Below, one piece after another: positions 19,788 to 28,017 of a stretch of 64,000 bases of DNA. Source of the stretch: Candidatus Binatia bacterium (lineage in GTDB: Bacteria > Desulfobacterota > Binatia > HRBIN30). The stretch's first letter is position 1. Each line of letters opens with the position of its first letter. The notes beneath the pieces were generated by a model. The model was given only the letters and a program-made list of their open reading frames with translations. It made no database searches and had not been told where the DNA came from. The DNA lies in the NCBI GenBank assembly GCA_050015455.1, contig JBEKBJ010000009.1, forward strand, positions 8,508 to 72,507, written 5' to 3'. The translations under genes and the position numbers were made by a program.

Positions 19788-20996
19788 TTGTTGGAGGTCG
19801 AAAAAAGGCAATACCGCTTCCCTGCGATTTACTTTGAAGCCACGCGGTTGTGCAACCTGCAGTGTTCCGTGTGCATGTCCGCGAGCAACGACGCGGAGCG
19901 CGTGCGCGCCAGTCGCAGGCAGGAATTGAGCTTCGAAGAGATCCGCGATCTGGTGCTCATACCCGCCAAGCGCCTCGGCGTGCTGGCCATCGGCTGGAGC
20001 GGCGGCGAGTTCCTGCTGCGCAAGGATGCCTTCGACCTCTTTCGGCTGACCATCGACCTGGGCTACCAGTGCAAGCTGTGCAGCAACGGTGAGCTGCTGA
20101 CGCGCGATGTCTTGCTGCAGATCAAAGAGGCCACTGGCGGGCGGGTGACCATCGCCCTTGGCCTGAATTCCATCGATGAACACAACGTCTGGAGCCGCGA
20201 CGCGGCGCCGGACCGCACGCTGGAAGTGTTGGATCTCTGTGACGAGCTGAAGATCGACCGCCACGTCATCATCACCATCGGTAAACACAACGCCGAGAGC
20301 TTCGAACGCACGGTGAAATACCTGGTGGATCGCCACATCTCCTACAACCGCTCGCCGCTGGTGGCCCGCGGGTCGGGCTGCGATGCCTTCATGGAGAAGG
20401 CCTTCGATCGAAAGGATCTGGAGGCAAAATTTCACCCGGCGCTGCGCCGGCATGTCAACGGCTACGTGAGCTACACGCCGTTCTTTCTCTCGCCGGAGCT
20501 GCACACCGAGGTCTCGGGCGGCGTGCGCAACGGTGCCGTGCCGCACAACCCGCCGATAGGCTGCTGGGTGGGCACGTGGCTGACGTTGAACGCCGAGGGT
20601 GACGTCTCGGTGTGCCCGGTGCTGCTCGACGTGCTCTCAGCCGGCAACGTGCGCGAGAAGCCGCTCGATCGCCTGGTCAACGAAAGCGAGCTTTTCGCCA
20701 CCATTCTCGACCGCAGCCAGCTCAAGGGGCGCTGCGGCCGCTGCCGCTACCAATACACCTGCGGCGGATGCCGGGCCATGGCCTACTTCCACACCGGCGA
20801 TTACATGGCCGACGACCCAACCTGCTTCTTCGACCCGGTCGACAAGACCACGGTCAGCGAGCACGAGGAAGAGACCAACCGCTTCTTCAAGAAATACCTG
20901 ATGATCGCCCGTTACGTCGGGCTGTATCAGCGGCCCGAGCGGAAACCGGCCCACCTATCCGAGCGTGCGGAGGAGCGCCCCGGCCTCAACTCGTAG
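19788..20996 (+). CDS. Radical SAM enzyme with a C-terminal SPASM (auxiliary Fe-S) domain; peptide-maturase-like
   Basis: The CNLQCSVC motif (CX3CX2C) lies near the N-terminus, and a C-terminal Cys cluster CPVL...CGRCRYQYTCGGCRAMAY...DPTCFFDP is typical of SPASM. Confidence 0.8.
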   Translation: MLEVEKRQYRFPAIYFEATRLCNLQCSVCMSASNDAERVRASRRQELSFEEIRDLVLIPAKRLGVLAIGWSGGEFLLRKDAFDLFRLTIDLGYQCKLCSNGELLTRDVLLQIKEATGGRVTIALGLNSIDEHNVWSRDAAPDRTLEVLDLCDELKIDRHVIITIGKHNAESFERTVKYLVDRHISYNRSPLVARGSGCDAFMEKAFDRKDLEAKFHPALRRHVNGYVSYTPFFLSPELHTEVSGGVRNGAVPHNPPIGCWVGTWLTLNAEGDVSVCPVLLDVLSAGNVREKPLDRLVNESELFATILDRSQLKGRCGRCRYQYTCGGCRAMAYFHTGDYMADDPTCFFDPVDKTTVSEHEEETNRFFKKYLMIARYVGLYQRPERKPAHLSERAEERPGLNS

Positions 20997-21250
20997 CGGC
21001 GCAGCATGCTGCGCCGCTGGCGTTTGGACGTTATCAGGCTATATTCTGCTGAAGTGCCCAGAATATGGCGACGGAGCCCAATCGTGCGGCGCGACCAAAT
21101 CGCCCAGGGCAGCGCCCTGGGCTGATGGCTGGCGCCCCTTTGCGGCTTGCTTTTCTGGAGCCCTGAAAGGGCGGAGAGTCATGAGCCCCGGGCAACGCCC
21201 GGGGTGGCCCGGAAATCATTCCCGGCTCTGCCGGAGAAAGGGACATAACC

Positions 21251-21967
21251 ATGAGTGACACCATCCTAATTACGTGGCTCGGGCACGCGACCTTCCGCAT
21301 CCAGAGTGCGAACGGCAAGATGCTGCTGATCGATCCATGGATCCGCGGCAATCCGGCCTGTCCGGACGCCGAGAAACAGACTGGGCCGCTCGACGCCATG
21401 CTCATCACGCACGGCCATTTCGATCACATCAGCGATGCCGTCGAAACCGCACGCGAAGCGAAGCCACACGCAGTTGTGGCGATTTACGAGACCACGGCCT
21501 GGCTCGAGCGCAAAGGCGTCGAGAACTGCGTCGGAATGAACAAGGGCGGCACGGTCGAGGTGGCGCCCGGCATTTCCGCCACCATGGTCTATGCCGATCA
21601 TTCGTGCGGCATCTTGGACGACGGCCAGATCATCTACGGCGGCGACCCGTGCGGCTACGTCATCGAGTTCGAAAACGGGAAACGCGTCTACCACGCCGGC
21701 GATACCAACGTCTTCGGCGACATGAAGCTCATCCGCGAGCTCTATCGGCCCGACATTGCCCTGCTGCCGATCGGCGGGCTCTACACCATGTCGCCACGCG
21801 AGGCGGCGCTGGCGGTCAAGCTGCTCGGCGTCAAGCGCGTCATCCCCATGCACCACGGCACCTTCCCAGCGCTCACCGGCACGCCGGAAGGGCTGCGTGC
21901 GGCAACCAAGGGGATTCACGGGTTGAAAATCGTCGACTTGAAACCCGGCGAGTCGACCGAGTTGTGA
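21251..21967 (+). CDS. MBL-fold metal-dependent hydrolase (UPF0173 family)
   Basis: The motifs ITWLGHATFRIQ...LLIDPW...HGHFDHISD match the beta-lactamase-fold HxHxDH pattern. Confidence 0.8.
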   Translation: MSDTILITWLGHATFRIQSANGKMLLIDPWIRGNPACPDAEKQTGPLDAMLITHGHFDHISDAVETAREAKPHAVVAIYETTAWLERKGVENCVGMNKGGTVEVAPGISATMVYADHSCGILDDGQIIYGGDPCGYVIEFENGKRVYHAGDTNVFGDMKLIRELYRPDIALLPIGGLYTMSPREAALAVKLLGVKRVIPMHHGTFPALTGTPEGLRAATKGIHGLKIVDLKPGESTEL

Positions 21968-22082
21968 AGACTCTCTCCGCAACGCCGTCCGCTGCTGCTC
22001 CCTCCAGATCGAGCGTAAGCATCAAGGCCTTCTCGAAGCTCATCGAACTTCTCCCGGACGGGCAAGGGACAGGCCTGTCGCG

Positions 22083-22490
22083 CTAGCGGGTATGGTCGGT
22101 CAATCGAGCAGTGACCCTCTCCACCCAGTGCCGCAGCAGTGCGGCGTGCTGGGGTAAGCGCCCCGCGATTTCCTCCGCCAAGTCTTCGTTATAGGTGTGC
22201 ACGGTCAGGTTGCGATCGTCGGCCATGGCCAGTGCGAGGCGCGTCTCGTCTTCGTCGAGAATCCCGACCTCCAGCGACGCCCGAGCTACGCCCTTGGGTG
22301 AACCGAGATCGAGGCCTTCCACTTCCCGGAGGTAAAGCTGAACCGCCTTCCAGACAGCCTCGAAAGTGTACTCGAAACGTTGGATCGCTGCATCCCGCTC
22401 GACCTTTGACCGCTCCCGTTTGTGCGCCAGCTCATCGAGCGTGGAGAGGACCTCGCGGGCCGTGGCGACGCGTTGGGTCAATCGTTCCAC
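22083..22490 (-). CDS. hepT: HepT-like HEPN toxin (nucleotidyltransferase substrate-binding protein, HI0074 family)
   Basis: At 135 aa with QRFEYTFEAVWKAVQLYL and a C-terminal RNLTVHTYNE R-x4-HxY motif, it matches HEPN/HepT toxins. It overlaps the upstream MNT gene by 13 nt. Confidence 0.75.
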   Translation of the reverse strand: MERLTQRVATAREVLSTLDELAHKRERSKVERDAAIQRFEYTFEAVWKAVQLYLREVEGLDLGSPKGVARASLEVGILDEDETRLALAMADDRNLTVHTYNEDLAEEIAGRLPQHAALLRHWVERVTARLTDHTR

Positions 22491-22756
22491 GGAATGCCCT
22501 CAGCCAGAATTCTACGGCGAAACGCCTCACTGACGGTTGAAAGGTCGATGACCTCGACCCGGTACGGGATGTCACTCTCTTCCAGCGCCTCACGCAGACG
22601 GGCCAGCGTCCCCGGAATCAGCGGGGCCTCCGGTAACACCGCCACGTCGATGTCTGAAGTGCGGCGCGCGTCGCCGCGCGCGCGTGATCCGAACAGAAAC
22701 AGCCGGGCGCGTTGCGGCGCAAGAAACTTCACGACGATCCGCCGCGCCGCCTCCAC
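22478..22756 (-). CDS. mntA: MNT (minimal nucleotidyltransferase) antitoxin partner of HepT
   Basis: The GS-x9-DxD motif LFLFGSRARGDARRTSDIDVAV is present. Only the C-terminal ~92 codons of the 407-aa track ORF are plausible, starting at GTG 22756. Confidence 0.6.
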   Translation of the reverse strand: MEAARRIVVKFLAPQRARLFLFGSRARGDARRTSDIDVAVLPEAPLIPGTLARLREALEESDIPYRVEVIDLSTVSEAFRRRILAEGIPWND

Positions 22757-22821
22757 ATCGTCGCGTTCGCCGCCCGTGTGTGCGTAGGCCACAGCGGCAG
22801 TATTAGTCCTGACCACACAGC

Positions 22822-23100
22822 CGGTCAACGGCTGCCGCGCGCCCCGTGCCGCGGCGCTAGAGTTCCTGGCTTTTACCTTGTCAATGGCATAGAAGGGTGT
22901 CCTCGTTTCCAACGGCCCGAACGGCCATGACCTGCGAACCACGGTGGAGACGCCGCCATTCGACCACACGGAAGAGTCGACGGTCCCGGCGTCGCTTCCC
23001 AGGGTCGCGCTGTTGCGATGGGAGGAGGAACGATGACGCACACGCGTAGGTGTCTGACGGGCGAAGAGAGTAACCCCGGAAGGTGGCGGGTGGCACTCGC
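22822..23100 (+). repeat. Copy 1 of a duplicated ~270-bp leader (promoter/5'UTR plus first ~25 codons) preceding a dockerin-cargo gene
   Basis: About 90% identical to 29305..29567. Contains CTGGCTTTTACCTTGTCAA, a GGAGG RBS and the conserved N-terminus [13 protein letters not shown](N/K)PGRWRVALA. Confidence 0.8.
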
Positions 23101-26065
23101 AGCGCTGGTTGCATTGCCGATTTGCACGGCGGCCATGGGCGTTGCTGACACCGCAAGCCTCAACATCAGCCCGTGCGTCGTGGGCACCGGCACGGGGGCG
23201 AGCTGCACCGAGACCGCGCTGAATGCCTGCCTCCCAGGCGGCGGGAGTTTCGACGGCACCGTGACCTTCAACTGCGGTGGCGCCGCCACGATTACTGTCA
23301 CCAGCACCAAGAACATTAGCGCCGATACCACCATTGATGGCGGGAGTCTGATCACGATCAGCGGCGACAGCGGCGGCGGCATCTACAACTCCTCGGGCAC
23401 GGTCACCGTCACCAACACTATCGTTGCCAATAGCACCTCGGGCGGCAATTGCGGCGGCAGCGTTCCTGTCACTGATGGCGGCCACAACATCGACGACGGC
23501 CCGACGTGCGGTTTCACGGGCACAGGCTGTACCGCCACGACCGGCACCTCGTTCTGTAACACCAACCCTGTTCTCGACCCCACCGGGTTCCAGAACAACG
23601 GCGGGCCGACGCAAACCATCGCGCTCCAGGCGGGCAGCCCGGCGTTCAACGCTGGCAATGAGTCCGTGTGCGCGGCACCGCCCGTGAACAGCCTCGACCA
23701 ACGCGGCTACGTCCGGCCCGGTACGGGCGCAACAAGCTGCTCCATCGGCGCGTACGAGTACAACTCTGGAATCTCATGCGGCTCGGGCGCGTGTGTATTT
23801 CCCCAGGTGTGTGTTGTTGGTCAGTGCGCCACCCCGGCACCGACTCAGACGCCGACGAGTATGCCGACGCAAACGGCAACCAATACCCCGGTGGTGACCA
23901 ACACTCCGGTGGTGCCGACTGCCACCCCGGTAGCCACCAACACCCCGCAGACCGGCTCGACCAACACGCCGACCACGTGCGGCAGTGCCACCAACTACAC
24001 CGTTGGAACCAATCCGCATGGCGTGGCCGTGGGCGACTTCAACGGCGACAAAAAACTCGACCTCGCCGTGACAAACGAGGGCTCCAACAACGTCTCCATC
24101 CTGCTCGGCAACGGCGACGGCACCTTCGGGACGGCCACCAACTACAACGTTGGAACCGATCCGCATGGCGTGGCCGTGCGCGACTTCAACGGCGACGGGA
24201 AACTCGACCTCGCCGCGGCCAACAACGGCTCCAACAACGTCTCCATCCTGCTCGGCAACGGCGACGGCACCTTCGGGACGGCCACCAACTACAGCGTTGG
24301 AACCAATCCGAATGGCGTGGCCGTGCGCGACTTCAACGGCGACGGGAAGCTCGACCTCGCCGTGACAAACAACGGCTCCAACAACGTCTCCATCCTGCTC
24401 GGCAACGGCGATGGCACCTTCGGGACGGCCACCAACTACAACGTTGGAACCAATCCGCATGGCGTGGCCGTGGGCGACTTCAACGGCGACGGGAAGCTCG
24501 ACCTCGCCGCGGTAAACAACGGCTCCAACAACGTCTCCATCCTGCTCGGCAACGGCGACGGCACCTTCGGGACAGCCACCAACTACAACGTTGGAACCAA
24601 TCCGCATGGCGTGGCCGTGGGCGACTTCAACGGCGACGGGAAGCTCGACCTCGCCACGGCAAACAACGGCTCCAACAACGTCTCCATCCTGCTCGGCAAC
24701 GGCGACGGCACCTTCGGGACGGCCACCAACTACAACGTTGGAACCAGTCCGTTCAGCGTGGCCGTGGGCGACTTCAACGGCGACGGGAAGCTCGACCTCG
24801 CCGCGGCAAACAACGGCTCCAACAACATCTCCATCCTGCTCGGCAACGGCGACGGCACCTTCGGGACGGCCACCAACTACAACGTTGGAACCAATCCGCG
24901 TGGCGTGGCCGTGGGCGACTTCAACGGCGACGGGAGGCCCGACATCGCCGTGGCAAACAACGGCTCCAACAACGTCTCCGTGGGGCTCAATTTGGTCTGT
25001 ACTACGGCAACCCCGACGTTTCCCACCAGCTCGCCGACCAACACGCCTACCAACACCACGGCGCCCACGGTTACGCCGACGTTGGCAAGTACGCCCACTC
25101 AGACTCCGACGCCAACGAACACGCCGAGCGCGACGCCGACACAGACGCTAAGCGCCACCAGCCCCCCTACGTCGACGCCGGCGGTAACGGCCACCAGCGC
25201 GACCGCCACGCCAACTCAGACGCCGACGAGCATGCCGACGTCAACCGCGACCAATACCACGACGACCACACCCACCAACACGGGAACGGCTACACCGACT
25301 GGCACTCCCACAGCGACCCCCTTGCCCCTTGTCGTCAGAGGGACCTGCATGGAACCTAGCTCACAGGGCCTCGCCCCCTGCACTGCCGGCACGGTGGTTA
25401 CTGCCTACCTGTGCACGGACCCAAGCTGCGCGGCGTCGACGCTGATCACACTCGAAGTGACTCAAACGGATGCGAATGGACAGTTCGTCTTCGTTCTCAG
25501 CCGCGGGCAGGTCGCGGGCAAGCGGCTGGTCTTTGACGCCACCATCGTACAGGCCGGAGGTGCCCTGACAACCAGGGGCCGCGCGGCCAGCGACACCACC
25601 GTCGATCTACAAACCATCGATTTCGGTCCCATTGGAGCGGCGACGAATTTGAGTGAGCTGATCGATCTGACATCGGAGGCCGCGGTGCAGCTGGTGGACG
25701 ACAACGGGGGGGCGCAGCACTACAGCGATCAGGGCATCAAGGATATCATCCAAGCCGTGCGAACAGCCGACAGCGGCATCAACTTCGCTGGCTTGACCGC
25801 GGCCGCCGCGGTTACCCTGGCGACCGAGACGGCAGGCAACGATCCCGCGGTACAAGCCGCGCTGCAGATGAAGTTGTGCACCGGCGATTGCAACGGCGAC
25901 GGCACGGTGACGGTTGATGAGATTCTCACCATGGTGAACATCGCCCTCGGCATTGAGGATGTCTCCACCTGCCTCCCCGGGGATGCGAACAATGACAAGA
26001 TGATTACCGTCGATGAGATCCTCACGGCCGTGAACGACGCGCTGAACGGGTGCGCGCCCTCCTGA
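23033..26065 (+). CDS. Secreted cargo protein: parallel beta-helix (choice-of-anchor-Q-like) domain, P/T linker, seven-bladed FG-GAP beta-propeller, P/T linker, unknown domain and a C-terminal dockerin
   Basis: A Tat-like/signal N-terminus (TRRCL..., [17 protein letters not shown]) is present. The beta-helix domain ends with [10 protein letters not shown]...CSIGAYEY. Seven 49-aa repeats of the form [47 protein letters not shown] show the FG-GAP Ca-binding motif. The C-terminal dockerin is [25 protein letters not shown]...[28 protein letters not shown]. The track ORF starts at 23018. Confidence 0.75.
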   Translation: MTHTRRCLTGEESNPGRWRVALAALVALPICTAAMGVADTASLNISPCVVGTGTGASCTETALNACLPGGGSFDGTVTFNCGGAATITVTSTKNISADTTIDGGSLITISGDSGGGIYNSSGTVTVTNTIVANSTSGGNCGGSVPVTDGGHNIDDGPTCGFTGTGCTATTGTSFCNTNPVLDPTGFQNNGGPTQTIALQAGSPAFNAGNESVCAAPPVNSLDQRGYVRPGTGATSCSIGAYEYNSGISCGSGACVFPQVCVVGQCATPAPTQTPTSMPTQTATNTPVVTNTPVVPTATPVATNTPQTGSTNTPTTCGSATNYTVGTNPHGVAVGDFNGDKKLDLAVTNEGSNNVSILLGNGDGTFGTATNYNVGTDPHGVAVRDFNGDGKLDLAAANNGSNNVSILLGNGDGTFGTATNYSVGTNPNGVAVRDFNGDGKLDLAVTNNGSNNVSILLGNGDGTFGTATNYNVGTNPHGVAVGDFNGDGKLDLAAVNNGSNNVSILLGNGDGTFGTATNYNVGTNPHGVAVGDFNGDGKLDLATANNGSNNVSILLGNGDGTFGTATNYNVGTSPFSVAVGDFNGDGKLDLAAANNGSNNISILLGNGDGTFGTATNYNVGTNPRGVAVGDFNGDGRPDIAVANNGSNNVSVGLNLVCTTATPTFPTSSPTNTPTNTTAPTVTPTLASTPTQTPTPTNTPSATPTQTLSATSPPTSTPAVTATSATATPTQTPTSMPTSTATNTTTTTPTNTGTATPTGTPTATPLPLVVRGTCMEPSSQGLAPCTAGTVVTAYLCTDPSCAASTLITLEVTQTDANGQFVFVLSRGQVAGKRLVFDATIVQAGGALTTRGRAASDTTVDLQTIDFGPIGAATNLSELIDLTSEAAVQLVDDNGGAQHYSDQGIKDIIQAVRTADSGINFAGLTAAAAVTLATETAGNDPAVQAALQMKLCTGDCNGDGTVTVDEILTMVNIALGIEDVSTCLPGDANNDKMITVDEILTAVNDALNGCAPS
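23988..25016 (+). repeat. Seven near-identical 147-bp tandem repeats encoding the FG-GAP propeller blades
   Basis: The 147-bp period is directly visible; it reads caccaactaca(a/c)cgttggaacc...ggcaccttcgggacggc, with only a few substitutions per unit. Confidence 0.9.
25877..26062 (+). other. Dockerin module (two Ca-binding loops) at the C-terminus of the beta-helix/FG-GAP protein
   Basis: [12 protein letters not shown] and [12 protein letters not shown] loops are each followed by a hydrophobic helix ([10 protein letters not shown] / [11 protein letters not shown]). Cys residues bracket the module. Confidence 0.6.
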
Positions 26066-26208
26066 TTATTTTCGGTCGTCGCCTTTCACCCACAATCCCG
26101 ACCACCACCCCAGGGCCCTCGGCGACAATTACACCAGCGGCGAGCAGGTTGCATCGTACCGGCAACCTGCGCCACAATCGCCGGCCGCAAGATTGAGACG
26201 AGTGCGCA

Positions 26209-27921
26209 GTGCCTGCTGACCAGCATACCATCAACGATAGCGATCGGGTTCCCGCCGGCATTCTCTTCGGCGACATGAAGGGTTCGACCGAGGAGGCCGA
26301 GCTCGACGAGAAGTCCACAATCGTCAAGCTGCGCGAGTACGAACGCATCATCAACGAGATCGCCAATCGCTTCGGGCCGAACTTCTACAAGGTCAAGACC
26401 GAGGGCGACGGCTTCATGGCGACCTTTGCCAGCGCGCACATCATGGTGGCGTGCGGCCTCGCCGTACAGCAGGAGTTTTGCCGCCGCGGCTGGCAGGTCC
26501 GCCTGGGAGGACACTACGGCGAAGTGTTTCGCAACAAACAGGGCGACGCCTTCGGAGCCGACGTCAATCGCGCCGCCCGCATCATGTCCGCCGCGGACGC
26601 GACCTCGGGCGAGTTCCTGGTGTCGGACGCCGTGCAAGTGATCGTGCGCGACCGACTACCGGACGCGCATTTCGAGCCGCACGAACCGATCCTCGCCAAG
26701 GGCGTCGGCAGCCTGGTCGTCTTCGCGGCCGTCGCCACCGGCCAACCCTCGCGGCCACCGGTGAGCCCGCACGTGGGAGCGGCAAGCGCGAAACCCGGCA
26801 GGCTTCCGCCGCCTCCGCCGCGGCGCAATCGGCCCCGAATCGGCCCGGCCGCTGCCTTCACCGTCCTGCTGATGCTCGCCGGACTGGCTGGGGGCGTGTG
26901 GTATTGGCGCGGCATGGCACGGAAGACGCTGCCGCAGAACATCGGCGATCGCAGCGGCAAACCAACGGATGTGATGAGGCCGATCGCGGTCATGGAATTC
27001 GAGAATCAGCGTGCGGACGATTCGAAGGACGACTGGTACGCCAAGGCGCTGCAAGCCGCGTTCAACACCGAGCTGAGTAAGATCCCGACGCTGCCGGTGG
27101 TCGCTCCCGAGCTGATTCAGCAAGTCGCGAAGGAAACCAGCCTCGATCGCATGGCAGCGGCCAAGAAACTGGGGGTCACCCGGTTCGTGACCGGTTCGTT
27201 TGCGGTGGTCGGCGACTCCATCCGCATCGACGCGCGCATCGTCCAAACGACCACCGGCATCCAGGAGGCGGCGGAAAACATCGAAGGGCGTCAAGACGAG
27301 TTCTTCGCCCTGCAGAAAAGCCTTACCCTGGCCACGCTCGAACACTTTCGGGTCCGACTCACCAAGAGCGAAGCCGAGTCGTTCAAGCAAACGACCAACT
27401 CGCGTCTCGACAAGTACAAGATGCTGCTGGACGCCGAAGGCGTGACGAAGGGCAAGAGCGGCGGTGAACCGGAAACCAAGGCGTCCGATGCCCAGGCCTT
27501 TGGCAGTGCCGGGAGAGAAGTCATCGGAACCTTCGCCGCCGCGCGCGTGTGGTCGTGGGTGCTCCCAGCGCCGGCGGTCGCATTGGCGCAGGCGCCGCTG
27601 GAAGCCGCCGCGCGCGAGGTCCTTGAGGAGTATCGCCGTGCGCACGAGCGCGGCGACCTCGATCAGCTCGCGAGCCTGTATGTCAACTTCCCGGCTGCTC
27701 AGCGACAGAAAATCGATGCGTATTTGAAGGGGATCACTGACCTGCACGTGGAGCTGGCCGACGTGAAGATCCAGCCGCGGGAGCACGACATCGCCGTTTC
27801 CTATATCCGGCGCGACAAATTCGTCGACAAAGAAACGGGCGAACCCGTCACCCTCGAAGTGCGCCTCACCAAGTTCCTGGTGCAGGATGGCGCCAAGTGG
27901 AAGTTCGCCGAGGGATCGTGA
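26209..27921 (+). CDS. Class III adenylate/guanylate cyclase with one TM helix, a periplasmic-type domain and a C-terminal NTF2/SnoaL-like domain
   Basis: The cyclase motifs FGDMKGST, KTEGDGFMATF and VNRAARI are present. The TM helix is AAAFTVLLMLAGLAGGVWYW. The C-terminal ~120 aa show an NTF2-like pattern (LEEYRRAHERGDLDQLASLY...). Confidence 0.75.
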   Translation: MPADQHTINDSDRVPAGILFGDMKGSTEEAELDEKSTIVKLREYERIINEIANRFGPNFYKVKTEGDGFMATFASAHIMVACGLAVQQEFCRRGWQVRLGGHYGEVFRNKQGDAFGADVNRAARIMSAADATSGEFLVSDAVQVIVRDRLPDAHFEPHEPILAKGVGSLVVFAAVATGQPSRPPVSPHVGAASAKPGRLPPPPPRRNRPRIGPAAAFTVLLMLAGLAGGVWYWRGMARKTLPQNIGDRSGKPTDVMRPIAVMEFENQRADDSKDDWYAKALQAAFNTELSKIPTLPVVAPELIQQVAKETSLDRMAAAKKLGVTRFVTGSFAVVGDSIRIDARIVQTTTGIQEAAENIEGRQDEFFALQKSLTLATLEHFRVRLTKSEAESFKQTTNSRLDKYKMLLDAEGVTKGKSGGEPETKASDAQAFGSAGREVIGTFAAARVWSWVLPAPAVALAQAPLEAAAREVLEEYRRAHERGDLDQLASLYVNFPAAQRQKIDAYLKGITDLHVELADVKIQPREHDIAVSYIRRDKFVDKETGEPVTLEVRLTKFLVQDGAKWKFAEGS

Positions 27922-28017
27922 GATGTCGCGTGCGTGGCGTTTGCTGAACCGACCCTTGTCATGAGCAAGGTGGCCGGCGGTCATCGGCGCGCGATAGAAG
28001 TAAGGGGGCGGGAGAAC

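Noticed and set aside
20965-21258. 97-aa ORF between the radical SAM gene and the MBL hydrolase, considered as a possible RiPP precursor
   Set aside because: It has no RBS and overlaps the end of the rSAM gene. The composition is Ala/Arg/Gly-rich, which is typical of high-GC noise.
22867-22881. Sigma-54 promoter call (TGGC-N7-TTGT) as an annotated feature
   Set aside because: The -12 element has GT instead of the strongly conserved GC. I kept it only as a hypothesis within the duplicated-leader finding rather than listing it as a feature.
22757-23701. Upstream 315 codons of the 407-aa minus-strand ORF 22478..23701
   Set aside because: Only the C-terminal ~92 residues carry the MNT nucleotidyltransferase motif. 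The remainder is antisense to the cargo-protein gene and its conserved leader.
23668-25359. 563-aa Arg/Gln-rich plus-strand ORF, the minus-strand ORF 23774..24607 and small ORFs at 24150..24365 and 24591..25151. These were also considered as a possible CRISPR-like array because of the regular 147-bp periodicity.
   Set aside because: They are alternate-frame readings of the FG-GAP tandem repeats. The periodicity is protein-coding, with no spacers and units that encode a conserved blade, so it is not CRISPR and these are not genes.
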